Positions 36,022-45,153 of a stretch of 64,000 bases of DNA are shown here, in pieces. Where the stretch lies: positions 186,001 through 250,000 of IMG/VR virus record IMGVR_UViG_3300042010_000106. One strand, written 5' to 3'. Both the position numbers and the translations under genes were made by a program. Numbering within the stretch: position 1 is the stretch's first letter; each line of letters opens with the position of its first letter. The notes beneath the pieces were generated by a model that made no database searches, was not told the origin of the DNA, and was given only the letters and a program-made list of their open reading frames with translations.

Positions 36022-37191
36022 TTACTTCTTTTTCTTTTTCTTCGCAGGTGCTTCGTCTTTCGACGATTTCTTTTTCTTCGAAGACTTTTCTTCTACCGCT
36101 GCCTTTTTCTTTTTCTTCGGCTTTGGTTCGTCGTCATCGTCATCGTCGATCTTGGTTTTCTTTTTCTTCTTCGGTTTGATGTCGTCTTCGTCGTCGTCAT
36201 CGTCTACCGATTTCTTTTTCTTTTTCTTGGCTTTTGGTTCGTCGTCTTCGTCGTCTTCATCGGCGAAAGGCTTTTTACCGCTGCCTTTTTTGCTTTTCTT
36301 CGACTTTGGTTCGTCGTCATCATCGTCATCGTCGAGGCTGCGTTTCTTTTTGCCTTTCGATTTCGGTTCGTCGTCTTCGTCATCGTCGTCATCGTCAGCA
36401 AGATCGGCGCCGACAACTTTCATACGCTTAACGTCTTCGTTCGCTTGCTCTTCAGTCATACGACCGGTTGCGTCGAGCAGTTTTTCGGTCAGTTCCCAAA
36501 CCAAATACGCGCGTTCTTCTTTGGTCAACGGAACAGCGCCGTCGTCCACTTTGTCGATGCTGTATTTGTCAGTACCCGGTGCATCTTTCTTGTATTTCAC
36601 TTTCACGTCGAAACCGTAATCGGCGTCGGTCGCGTCGTACTGTTCTTTCTTGCCGGTCTTTTTGTTTTTGCGCTTGTTGTCTTCCGACAATTCGTTCATA
36701 CGCATGATCATGGTCATGGTAAAACGAGCAACGCCTACCGGTGTCCAAGTTTCAGAATTGATATCCTTGAAACCGGTCTTCGCTTCTTCCTTGGTAGGCT
36801 TCGGCGATTTGCGCGGTGCGCCTTCTTCTTGCTTGTCACGGTCGATTGCGTTGAACAACCAGAAATCGCCGGAACGTGCAGGAGAGGTTTTGCGGTCTGC
36901 TGTGATCAGCGCTTTGAACGGGCAACGAACGCCTTTCTTCGGTTTGTCCGGGTTGGCCGGGTCGAAAGAAATGTCGTAACGAGGAATCTGGATTTCCTTG
37001 TTTTCGGCGCCGGTGTAAATGTTGATCCAGATTTGACGAACCTGCAACGGGGCAAGTGGCAGCAGACGAATCGGCTTCCATTTCTTGTCCACGTATTTGA
37101 TCATTTCAACGACTTCTTCCATACGGACAGAATCGTTGCGGGAATTGGTCTTGATAGAACCAAAACCCTTAAACGACGATAGACCACTCAT
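36022..37191 (-). CDS. ssb: gp32-like single-stranded DNA-binding protein with long D/K block tail
   Basis: IRLLP start, YGFDVKVKYKK..KYS in core; position next to recA; ~115-aa tail of alternating poly-D/E and poly-K. Confidence 0.65.
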   Translation of the reverse strand: MSGLSSFKGFGSIKTNSRNDSVRMEEVVEMIKYVDKKWKPIRLLPLAPLQVRQIWINIYTGAENKEIQIPRYDISFDPANPDKPKKGVRCPFKALITADRKTSPARSGDFWLFNAIDRDKQEEGAPRKSPKPTKEEAKTGFKDINSETWTPVGVARFTMTMIMRMNELSEDNKRKNKKTGKKEQYDATDADYGFDVKVKYKKDAPGTDKYSIDKVDDGAVPLTKEERAYLVWELTEKLLDATGRMTEEQANEDVKRMKVVGADLADDDDDDEDDEPKSKGKKKRSLDDDDDDDEPKSKKSKKGSGKKPFADEDDEDDEPKAKKKKKKSVDDDDDEDDIKPKKKKKTKIDDDDDDEPKPKKKKKAAVEEKSSKKKKSSKDEAPAKKKKKK

Positions 37192-37312
37192 GCACTTACC
37201 TCAATATAGTTTGTTTTCAACACTCGAAAGGCGTGACCATTCGGAATGTCATTTACAGTTTTCGCGACGAATTCCACGCCAGCTTTAACCAGCAAAACAA
37301 GGCATGGAAAAT

Positions 37313-37813
37313 TCATTTCGTTTCAACCGGTGTGTTGTTCCATGCTTCCATCGCTTCGTTGTACGTCGGGTAAAGCTTGTCACCGACTTTGTACTGTTCA
37401 GAAGGGAGGAAAGGAAACGTGATTTCTTCGTTCGGTCGAGTACGATAAGAACCGTCGCGCTCTACAAGTTTGATGCCTTCCACGTCGAGAGTTTTCCCGG
37501 TGCCGACATGCCGAACCAAACGTGTGCAACGTTTGTGCTGTAGGTATTCACCAGCACGTTTTTCCCATTGGTCGGGAGTGTCTACAACGGGCGTTAGCGG
37601 ATCTTGGCGTGCCAGACAAAGCACCATTCCCATAATTGGGTCGAAGGCAGCGCCTGACATTCCCTGCGCATCAATCGCGTACAGGATTTGCAGAACAGAA
37701 TTGTGCAAATCTTCCTGCAACTGAATATCACTTGGAATTGTTTCGGGCGATGCTTTGAACTGCGTCATAAGCAAAGCCAATTCGCTTTTTGCGTGATCAA
37801 TCAACGTGGACAT
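37313..37813 (-). CDS. hypothetical phage protein
   Basis: 166-aa ORF with GGAG RBS. Confidence 0.65.
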   Translation of the reverse strand: MSTLIDHAKSELALLMTQFKASPETIPSDIQLQEDLHNSVLQILYAIDAQGMSGAAFDPIMGMVLCLARQDPLTPVVDTPDQWEKRAGEYLQHKRCTRLVRHVGTGKTLDVEGIKLVERDGSYRTRPNEEITFPFLPSEQYKVGDKLYPTYNEAMEAWNNTPVETK

Positions 37814-37900
37814 AAAGCTCTCCGGTGTTTACCAAAATGCCGAGTCTGTTGCCCGGCTATTCCAGAAGAATTTCTTTGTTGCTTTGATGTCTTTACAGTT

Positions 37901-38914
37901 TTATGCCAGCCCTTCGGCGCGCATATGGTCAAGCATTTTGAATCGTTCGTCATGGGTAAAGTATTCACCGATATCCATACTCAAACGAGCCAATCCGATT
38001 GGATCGACTTTCTTGGCAAGCTTCTGCACAAGAATAATCTGTTGATCTTTTTCCAAATCTTTTTCCATGGGTGCATTGTCTGCAAGCACGGCATGCAAAC
38101 CCATTTCCCCATCTTCGTCATCGCCACCATAAACCGCGTCGAGGCTGGTACTGAAATTCACTTCGGTACTGGTGCCTTCGTACAATTTTTTACGCTGCGT
38201 CTGCGGCACAGTGTAGGCAATTCCGTATTCGTGTTCTTTCGTTGTCGTCGTGGCGTTCTTTGCCCACGTTCCGATGTACGAAGTAAGCGCACCTTTGCGA
38301 CTGTCGTATTTATCCAGCGCAGTAATTACACTGCGGTGAATTGACTGCACCAAATCTCGATAGCTTGAATTGCTGCCGGGGTTGGTGGTGTGTGCTTTGG
38401 CGAGCTTGTTGTTATTTTTTATGTAGTGACCGATTACAGCGTTCCGGTATTCATAAAATTTCTTCAGGTACGGCGCCGAGATTTGCACAGCTTTGTACAT
38501 TTCGTGGCGACTGCACCGTCCAATTTCTGCGGCGTATTTGTCGAACTTAACTTGCTGCGCACGTGTAGGATTCGACATGAACAGGTTGTAGTCTCGCACG
38601 TAGCCTTCGGTATCCTTTACGAATGCACGAATGAAACGATGAATAAAACTACGTTCAATGCGGGTGTCACGAACGAGTGCAAACTTTTGGTGGCGGTCAC
38701 TCACCGACAAAAACGCAGCAAGCTTTTCGACCACGACTTCACGGTCAAGCGAACTGAGTTTTCGTTTCCGGTTGGTGGCAATCAGCAGCAGTAAATACTC
38801 AACCTGTGCGTCGAAAACGTTGGTGTAAAGAATCAGAGGCTCAAGGGCTTTGAACAGAAACATATCCATGATCTGCTGTATCTGTTCACCCGTCATATTT
38901 TTATCAGCAGACAA
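37901..38914 (-). CDS. phage sigma-70-like transcription factor
   Basis: Region 2-like SYRDLVQSIHRSVITALDKYDSRKGALTSYIGTWAK; region 3-like FSTSLDAVYGGDDEDGEMGLHAVLAD; GGAGG RBS. Confidence 0.75.
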   Translation of the reverse strand: MSADKNMTGEQIQQIMDMFLFKALEPLILYTNVFDAQVEYLLLLIATNRKRKLSSLDREVVVEKLAAFLSVSDRHQKFALVRDTRIERSFIHRFIRAFVKDTEGYVRDYNLFMSNPTRAQQVKFDKYAAEIGRCSRHEMYKAVQISAPYLKKFYEYRNAVIGHYIKNNNKLAKAHTTNPGSNSSYRDLVQSIHRSVITALDKYDSRKGALTSYIGTWAKNATTTTKEHEYGIAYTVPQTQRKKLYEGTSTEVNFSTSLDAVYGGDDEDGEMGLHAVLADNAPMEKDLEKDQQIILVQKLAKKVDPIGLARLSMDIGEYFTHDERFKMLDHMRAEGLA

Positions 38915-38924
38915 TTTAACCTCC

Positions 38925-39191
38925 TTAAAACGGTTCGTTTCCGGTTTTCATCGCATCGCGTTTGTCGCGTTGGATAATGAGTGTGCAACGTTCATCGCCC
39001 ACCAAACATTCGTCTGGCATTCCTTTGCATTCGCTCTGACAACAATCAGCACAAATCCAACCACATTCACCGCGTGCGGCTTGGTCTGTCCACGCACGCA
39101 TACTTTCGTTCATGCCTTCGATGTGTGCGTCGAGTTTGTGTGCAGGAATATCAGAAACTTTTACAAATTCACTTTCGTGCACAGTTGTCAT
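38925..39191 (-). CDS. small Cys-rich hypothetical protein
   Basis: C..WICADCC..C....C....C; ATGA-coupled start at 39191. Confidence 0.55.
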   Translation of the reverse strand: MTTVHESEFVKVSDIPAHKLDAHIEGMNESMRAWTDQAARGECGWICADCCQSECKGMPDECLVGDERCTLIIQRDKRDAMKTGNEPF

Positions 39192-39400
39192 TCGACAAGT
39201 TCCCAATCGTCGGCGGTCAAATCGCCAATGGAAGGAACCCAACCCGGTTGGATATCACCGTTCGGTTTTTTCATGATGAAATACGGTTGCACACGGGCAC
39301 CGCCAACAGCGAATTCTACGTGCATGCCTTTGCCGTTCCAGCCGGTACGGGTCAGTTTTTTATTTGCTTTGAGTTCAAGAAGAGCAGCACTGAAATCCAT
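39188..39400 (-). CDS. DUF2829/Tad2-like protein
   Basis: MDFSAALLELK..KLTRTGWNGKGM..PYFIMK..GWVPSIGDLTADDW. Confidence 0.8.
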   Translation of the reverse strand: MDFSAALLELKANKKLTRTGWNGKGMHVEFAVGGARVQPYFIMKKPNGDIQPGWVPSIGDLTADDWELVE

Positions 39401-39406
39401 GATGTT

Positions 39407-39571
39407 TTATCCTGTGATGGAGTGAATCCAAGGCTTGACGTATTGCCATGCCCACGGAACCGCGACGAAAAGAATAAAGCCAATTGCAACACCGCCACCA
39501 ATGCAGCACAGGCCAATAAATTTCATGGCGCCGCCAATGTCGATGTATCCGCGTTGTTTGTTTTTGTTCAT
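39407..39571 (-). CDS. small membrane protein
   Basis: Hydrophobic IGLCCIGGGVAIGFILFVAVPWAW; ATGA-coupled start at 39571. Confidence 0.55.
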   Translation of the reverse strand: MNKNKQRGYIDIGGAMKFIGLCCIGGGVAIGFILFVAVPWAWQYVKPWIHSITG

Positions 39572-40026
39572 GATGTAAAACCATCCCCGAGTCTGGTGTG
39601 CACGGATTTTGCAAACTGTTCGCGCCATTCACCTTCAATGTCGGCCACCTTAAATCGTTTGCTGGTGCCGCCCCACTGGAAACCATTTCCTACGCGGTCG
39701 GTCGAGCTTGTCTGACAGCCCCCGTCGGAATCGAACGTGTACGAAATCGAATCACGATAACGTAAAACAATTGTCGCTGTGTGCGGCGTGAAAGTCACAA
39801 CGTAATCGTACTTCGCGATAATTGGCAGCATGCGCAAAACAGGAATCATTGCGACGGTAGATAACCCGTCTTGATCCATGTTGATCGCAACGTTGTTATA
39901 GTCTTCCGGCAACAAATCGTGAATTTTATCCGCCTGATTCAGCGAGATATGATCATGCAAACTGTTCAGATACGCCAACGTCGGGTGCAGTTGTTCGTCC
40001 CACGCTTTCCAGTCGATATTGTTCAT
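39568..40026 (-). CDS. hypothetical protein (paralog of 40028..40471)
   Basis: MN.IDW..W, VL.MLP, ATIVL shared with neighbour. Confidence 0.6.
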   Translation of the reverse strand: MNNIDWKAWDEQLHPTLAYLNSLHDHISLNQADKIHDLLPEDYNNVAINMDQDGLSTVAMIPVLRMLPIIAKYDYVVTFTPHTATIVLRYRDSISYTFDSDGGCQTSSTDRVGNGFQWGGTSKRFKVADIEGEWREQFAKSVHTRLGDGFTS

Positions 40027-40027
40027 G

Positions 40028-40471
40028 TCAGTTATCCAGAATACTCAGAAGTTTTTTCAGAGTGCGTTCACGTCCGCGCTTTACCGTCACGTTCACACCA
40101 CCTTCGATTTCAACACCGTGTGACGGACTGCATTCGGTGTACGAAAGTTTGTAGTTGAGGTATGAACTTTCGTCGATTGTGAAGAGCAGGTGCATGTCGT
40201 CACGCAGAACCAAAATGGTTGCGGACTTTCCATCTTCGGCCATGCGGAAAACGTACGGGCGCATGAACGTTACAGGAAGCACTTGCAGAACACGACCAAA
40301 CAATCCGCCGTCAATATGCTGAAGCATGCCGATGTTCATATTGCCGTGCATCACAGGTGGCAAACTTTCGAGAACTTCACGCACAGTTAAAGCGCTCACG
40401 TTTCCTACGTCTGCCATTGCCGCGACCATTGGATCGACAGCGGTGTACCACTCGTCCCAATCAAAATTCAT
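40028..40471 (-). CDS. hypothetical protein (paralog of 39568..40026)
   Basis: MNFDWDEW, VLQVLP, ATILVL; GAGG RBS. Confidence 0.6.
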   Translation of the reverse strand: MNFDWDEWYTAVDPMVAAMADVGNVSALTVREVLESLPPVMHGNMNIGMLQHIDGGLFGRVLQVLPVTFMRPYVFRMAEDGKSATILVLRDDMHLLFTIDESSYLNYKLSYTECSPSHGVEIEGGVNVTVKRGRERTLKKLLSILDN

Positions 40472-40480
40472 GATGTTTCC

Positions 40481-40687
40481 TCAGTCAAATATGCGCACCG
40501 GGATTATAAAAGTCGCCGGGTCACGCACTTTAAGTTCTTCCATTATTTGAATCTTTTTGTCGGGACTGTAACGGTTCCAGTCGCAGACTTCTTCAATCGT
40601 TCTTTTGCACCCCTTGCACAAGTCGTCGCCAACGTTGTGCGAACATTTACCGATGCAAGGAGTATTGCGTGGGCGGCTTACACTCAC
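40481..40687 (-). CDS. DUF1289-family Cys-rich (predicted Fe-S) protein
   Basis: TPCIGKC..LCKGCKRTIEEV.DW. Confidence 0.8.
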   Translation of the reverse strand: MSVSRPRNTPCIGKCSHNVGDDLCKGCKRTIEEVCDWNRYSPDKKIQIMEELKVRDPATFIIPVRIFD

Positions 40688-41124
40688 AACGCGTTGTAGA
40701 CCTGCGCAGCCGTGCCCGGTTTGAAACGGTCGGTGTATTTTGTACGCAGGTGTTTCTGGAAATCACCGATAGACACAGGGCCGTCGAGAACAAGTTCAAC
40801 CAGAATTGTGCGCAGCTCTTCTTCGGTCAGCAGCGTAGGCAGGTACTGCGACAGCATTGTGTTCTGCTTTTCCAGAAACAGAATTTTGTCCGCATAGTCT
40901 TCTTGAGTCGATGCGCGTAGCAGGCCGATGGTTTCGGTGTTGGCTACGGTAATCAGGCGGATGATTTCGATCAACGCGCCGTCACCAACTTTTGGTTTCT
41001 TCAGCGTTGCACCAGTTTGATAATCACCGAGAATTTGCGTGAGGATTTGATACGCTGGTGTATCACGCGACTGGCGAGCAATTGCGCGGTCAGCGACGAT
41101 ACGGTCTAGCACAGTTACGGTCAT
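40684..41124 (-). CDS. GatB/YqeY-like protein
   Basis: 146 aa helical; LEKQNTMLSQYLPTLLTEEELRTI pattern. Confidence 0.65.
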   Translation of the reverse strand: MTVTVLDRIVADRAIARQSRDTPAYQILTQILGDYQTGATLKKPKVGDGALIEIIRLITVANTETIGLLRASTQEDYADKILFLEKQNTMLSQYLPTLLTEEELRTILVELVLDGPVSIGDFQKHLRTKYTDRFKPGTAAQVYNAL

Positions 41125-41842
41125 ACGCTATTGTGTCCTTTTTAGAAAATGGTAGAAGCACCACAGTGGCTCTGTACATAACGCCGCCAGTGGAATTTTT
41201 CTTGTTTGTTGGGTAGTTGTACACACCACCAACTTCCCACGTTGCATCGTAGCCTTCCAATTCTTTTTCGACAGCTTCCAATAGGCTGCGGTAGGCCGCA
41301 ATTGAATCCTCTGCTGGTTCACCGAAAATTGATTTGGATTTTATGTATACTCGCTCGCCTGTCATTGCGTCGAGGCGCACTACGCTGCCGCGCCCGCTTG
41401 GGCCGAAAGGCATTTCCTCAACTTCCACACCCATCAACGCCAAATCAGCAGCGAATTTATCAGGACGTGTTTTCACTTCTGTCGGTTGACGGCCAGTTTC
41501 TTCAGGCAGACGCAAGGTGCCGTACGTGATGTGAATGTACACGCCACAATCGTTGATATCATTTTTCGTTTTACCAATCCGCAAATCGCACGGGCGAAAG
41601 AACAGATAATTGAAAAGTTTTGACTGTTCAATCATGTGTTCCCGCACAAGTTGTTCGGCGCCTTCACGTGTGTCAGCAGTCGCTTGAAAAACACGTTCTT
41701 CAAGGGCATGAACCTGACGACTAATGTTTACACGTGTGCGAAATAATTCGTGCTGGCGTACTTTCTGGATGTGGTCGAAATGATTCACAGCCATTATGTA
41801 TGCGTGCTGGTGTTCGGGCAATTTGTACACGGCACACCTCAC
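41090..41842 (-). CDS. hypothetical protein
   Basis: 250-aa ORF. Confidence 0.6.
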   Translation of the reverse strand: MRCAVYKLPEHQHAYIMAVNHFDHIQKVRQHELFRTRVNISRQVHALEERVFQATADTREGAEQLVREHMIEQSKLFNYLFFRPCDLRIGKTKNDINDCGVYIHITYGTLRLPEETGRQPTEVKTRPDKFAADLALMGVEVEEMPFGPSGRGSVVRLDAMTGERVYIKSKSIFGEPAEDSIAAYRSLLEAVEKELEGYDATWEVGGVYNYPTNKKNSTGGVMYRATVVLLPFSKKDTIAYDRNCARPYRR

Positions 41843-42114
41843 GCGATCAGGTACGGTTCCAGCGTGGCGATATTTTCAGTGACGTAGGCCACCGATTGCC
41901 CAACACATTGCGGCAACGACAGACGATACGCAGTGACCACCAGCAGCACGCATTTACGTACTTTGGTTTCGTCGAGGTCGGCACCGTTCAGATGCGCGCT
42001 GTACGCGTCAGTCTGTTCAATCACGCGTGTAAGCGCAGCGACTTTCTGCGTTTGTTTGTTGCGTTGGAATTCTGCCAAATCTTTTTCGATGCGTAGAAGC
42101 AATTCGGTTTTCAT
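41839..42114 (-). CDS. hypothetical protein
   Basis: 91-aa ORF, ATGA overlap. Confidence 0.6.
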   Translation of the reverse strand: MKTELLLRIEKDLAEFQRNKQTQKVAALTRVIEQTDAYSAHLNGADLDETKVRKCVLLVVTAYRLSLPQCVGQSVAYVTENIATLEPYLIA

Positions 42115-42788
42115 AGGTTGTTATCCATTGCGATTTTCGCGAGTGCTACCAAGTGCTTGCAAAGGCCGACAGCAAGGCCGGGGTTTTTAAACACTGGTGG
42201 TTCACCGTTGCAGTACAGCATGTATGCCGCACCGAAATAGGCGTTCGCATATTCGTAGGTGTAGACGTACGATTCGCACGTGCATTGCACCAAAACTTTA
42301 CGATGCCTGTTGACAGGTTTTGTCTGGTCTGGATCGAGGCCGATGATATACGTTTCGTGGTAACGTTTTACTTTCAGCGGGCGCCACGGATCGTTTGTAA
42401 CCATGATGCCGCGAATAACAGGTTTGCCGGTTTTTGTTGCACCGATCTTGTACCTGTGTGCGTCAACGTCTACAGCATTGGCAAGGAAATACGAAGGTGT
42501 GTTTCGAATCAACTGCCGTAGCGTCTGGCCTTTGCGTGTGAACATTGTTTCAGGCAGCAGGCGCGGCCCAAGGCTTTCGAATTTACGCAGACGATACGGA
42601 ACACCACGGACGGTTACGATGCGAGCGCTGCGCGGGGTATGGGCTTTGCCTTTGCGCTTGCGTTCTTTCACTTTCTCCGCGTCACGTGTTGCAGCCGTTT
42701 TCTTCGGCTTTGTTTCGATTCGTTTTTTCTTAACGCTCTGCGTTTTAATTCTTGGCTTGTCCGGCGAGTGTGTTCGAACTTTACCCAC
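42111..42788 (-). CDS. SWIM-like zinc-finger protein with basic N-terminal extension
   Basis: VQCTCESY ... GLCKHLVAL. Confidence 0.7.
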   Translation of the reverse strand: MGKVRTHSPDKPRIKTQSVKKKRIETKPKKTAATRDAEKVKERKRKGKAHTPRSARIVTVRGVPYRLRKFESLGPRLLPETMFTRKGQTLRQLIRNTPSYFLANAVDVDAHRYKIGATKTGKPVIRGIMVTNDPWRPLKVKRYHETYIIGLDPDQTKPVNRHRKVLVQCTCESYVYTYEYANAYFGAAYMLYCNGEPPVFKNPGLAVGLCKHLVALAKIAMDNNL

Positions 42789-42791
42789 GGG

Positions 42792-43568
42792 CTAACCTCC
42801 TAGCTGTTTCTTCAGCCGGTTGAATCGGTAAGTCGATGTGCACAGGGTTAACATGCGGTTCCCTTTCTTGCGCATCTTTTCTGACTTCGCGATTTTGATG
42901 CCGGAAATATCGAGAATGTATGCACCTTTTTCTGGTACGGGTTCACGATAGCCTTTGTACAAAATGAAATGCACCTTCGCATCCGCAAATGCAAAAGACG
43001 TACTCGACATTTCTTCAGCTTCGAAATACTCAGTCGTGAATTTCTTTACCTTCACGTCGAAGCCGATTTTGTGTGCTTGATACAGCAGCGAGTGTACGAC
43101 TGCCGGATCGACCACGATAGAAATGTAACCGCCCGGTTTCAACACGCGGTACAAATGTTTCATCATTTCCATGTCGTGGTCACGCCAAGCTTGTGGCGTC
43201 ATCCAGTTCATTGCGTTCATCACGTGATGTTCTGGATAGGCGTAAATATATGAAAACTTTTCAGTTCCCAAACGACGTAAAGAATGCAGCAACGTTCCTT
43301 GCCACAACGTCATATATTTACATTTAAATTCAGCGGCAGGCACGTCGATGTTATGGCAGACAACTACCCATCCGTTGTGTTCTTCGCAACGAGAAAGCGT
43401 GGGTATGTCTCCCGTTGCGTGGCATCCACAACTAAATAGGCTGATCATCTTGTCGTAACGACCCATCGAGTTCACCACCATTAACCCATTGCTGCACACA
43501 CGCAATAAACAATCCGTATGACGCGAGAATGTCCACGGGTAATTCTGCAAGCCCGTAAATTGCGTCAC
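42792..43568 (-). CDS. degenerate DNA methyltransferase-like protein
   Basis: LYRVLKPGGYISIV and HFILYK typical of N6/N4 MTases, but IYAYPEH replaces (D/N/S)PPY; true start probably near 43481. Confidence 0.4.
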   Translation of the reverse strand: MTQFTGLQNYPWTFSRHTDCLLRVCSNGLMVVNSMGRYDKMISLFSCGCHATGDIPTLSRCEEHNGWVVVCHNIDVPAAEFKCKYMTLWQGTLLHSLRRLGTEKFSYIYAYPEHHVMNAMNWMTPQAWRDHDMEMMKHLYRVLKPGGYISIVVDPAVVHSLLYQAHKIGFDVKVKKFTTEYFEAEEMSSTSFAFADAKVHFILYKGYREPVPEKGAYILDISGIKIAKSEKMRKKGNRMLTLCTSTYRFNRLKKQLGG

Positions 43569-43746
43569 CGTTTCGCGTTATGGCGTATTCCATTTGAACA
43601 GTTCGGCCAACTCCAAGCGTTGCGATAAATGCGAAAGTGTCATCCCCGTGGGTAATGATCTTATGCGTCAACGCTTCGTCCTGTAAGTCTTGAATCTGCT
43701 GTGAGAATTTTAATGCTTTCTGACTCAATTCCGAAAATGGTCGCAT
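43432..43746 (-). CDS. hypothetical protein
   Basis: C-terminal 104 aa of ORF 43432..44073 starting MRPFSELSQ; overlaps both neighbours. Confidence 0.4.
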   Translation of the reverse strand: MRPFSELSQKALKFSQQIQDLQDEALTHKIITHGDDTFAFIATLGVGRTVQMEYAITRNGDAIYGLAELPVDILASYGLFIACVQQWVNGGELDGSLRQDDQPI

Positions 43747-44404
43747 CGTCTTTACCAAGCTCCATTGATTTTTTGTAGTCCAGCAACGCCGGTAAATCCT
43801 CAAGCGTGGCGAGCGCGCAGCCGTAGAGGCCGTCGAGGTCTGCGGAGAACAGAGACGGGTACGGGGATTCATTGAATTTTTCAAGGAATGTTGCGCGGGA
43901 ATCAATGCCTGCGTAATCCGGTTTCGGTAAACCACGGGCAAGGATTTCAGAGAGGGTTTCAACGGTGGTGTTGCTGTACGTGAGAGTTTCCGTAAAACCG
44001 CGCCATAGGACGGCCAACGTATTCTCAGTTTTTTGACACGCATGAAATGCGAGTGGGATAGGATCTTTAACATTTGCCATGACGGCAGTAAGCAAAGTTT
44101 CTATCAGATGCAATTCAACCCGTGCTGCTTCCAGCGAAGGTTGTGCAATTAGATATCGGGCGCCGTCCTCTAACAGAGTGGCTTTAGCCCGTAGCTTTGT
44201 GGTTTCTGTTTCGGCTGTAGTATCCAGCGTTTTACGCGATTGTACTTGTCGGCTTTGACTGCGATACGATTCAGAAAAACCTGAAGCGATTGCAAACCGG
44301 CGATCCTCACGAAGTTCATAAAGAACACGTGCGAATTCTGTCCACGTGAAACAAGCTGATCCAACACGATAAACCATCTGGTCAAGTGAGTGTAGCCAGT
44401 GCAT
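43661..44404 (-). CDS. helical hypothetical protein
   Basis: 247-aa ORF with coiled-coil-like centre; start uncertain. Confidence 0.55.
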   Translation of the reverse strand: MHWLHSLDQMVYRVGSACFTWTEFARVLYELREDRRFAIASGFSESYRSQSRQVQSRKTLDTTAETETTKLRAKATLLEDGARYLIAQPSLEAARVELHLIETLLTAVMANVKDPIPLAFHACQKTENTLAVLWRGFTETLTYSNTTVETLSEILARGLPKPDYAGIDSRATFLEKFNESPYPSLFSADLDGLYGCALATLEDLPALLDYKKSMELGKDDATIFGIESESIKILTADSRLTGRSVDA

Positions 44405-44410
44405 AGACCG

Positions 44411-44438
44411 AAAAAAGGGGACACTAGGCCCCCTTTTC
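44411..44438 (-). terminator. rho-independent terminator
   Basis: AAGGGGG-loop-CCCCTT then TTTT on minus strand after 44459..45040. Confidence 0.65.
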
Positions 44439-44458
44439 TCACGCCTTACGTTTCGAGA

Positions 44459-45040
44459 TTAATCGAAGTTGTAGGCTTTCTTTTTCTTGCCGTCTTTGCC
44501 AGCTTTTTTGGAAGATTTTTCTTCCTTGCCAGCTTTGGCTTTTTTGTCGCCTTTGGATTTCTTCGAAGGCTTTTCTTCGGCTTCGGCTTTCTTCGCTTTC
44601 TTGCCTTTGGTCGGAGCTTCTTCAGCTACTTCCTTTTTAGCTTTCTTCGAAGGTTTGGCTTCGGCTTCGGCCTTGGCTTTCTTACCCTTTACCGGGGCGG
44701 CTTCTTCTTTGGCAGCTTTGGCTTTCTTGCCTTTGGTCGGAGCTTCTTCAGCTTCGGCCTTGGCGCCTTTCTTGGCTTTGGCTGGCTTGGCGTCGGCCTT
44801 GTCAGCTTTAGCGCCTTTAGCAGCCTTTGCAGGAGCTTTGGCGGCTTTGGCCGGGGCAGCGGTGGTGCCGCTCAGTTTGCCTTCCAGTTCAGCGATTTGC
44901 GCGGTCACGTCGCTAACTTGAGCGTCGAGGGTTTCGCCGGTTTTGCCGTGGGTCTTTTGTGCTGCTTCCAGAGCGCGCAGGCCCTTACGCAGACGGGAGA
45001 TTTCCGCTTTACCGTTCAGGGTAACTTCGTTCTTAGCCAT
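44459..45040 (-). CDS. histone-like K/A/E-rich protein with N-terminal coiled coil
   Basis: Repeats EEAP(T/V)KGKKAK, KPSKK; ends KKKKAYNFD. Confidence 0.75.
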   Translation of the reverse strand: MAKNEVTLNGKAEISRLRKGLRALEAAQKTHGKTGETLDAQVSDVTAQIAELEGKLSGTTAAPAKAAKAPAKAAKGAKADKADAKPAKAKKGAKAEAEEAPTKGKKAKAAKEEAAPVKGKKAKAEAEAKPSKKAKKEVAEEAPTKGKKAKKAEAEEKPSKKSKGDKKAKAGKEEKSSKKAGKDGKKKKAYNFD

Positions 45041-45065
45041 GATGCTTTATTTCCTTAACGTTATG

Positions 45066-45093
45066 AGACACGGCACACCGTTGCACCGTGTCT
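45066..45093 (-). promoter_or_regulatory. stable leader hairpin
   Basis: AGACACGG(TGCA)-ACGG-(TGTG)CCGTGTCT, ~25 nt before ATG of 44459..45040; no U-tract. Confidence 0.5.
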
Positions 45094-45153
45094 TGAATTA
45101 TTGCGAACTGATTAGAAGTTTTCTAAAGAGTTTAGAGCGCCGGGGCCGAGGAC

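Noticed and set aside
43747-44073. N-terminal half of ORF 43432..44073
   Set aside because: Fully overlaps 43661..44404 in another frame; only the part from 43746 is plausibly coding
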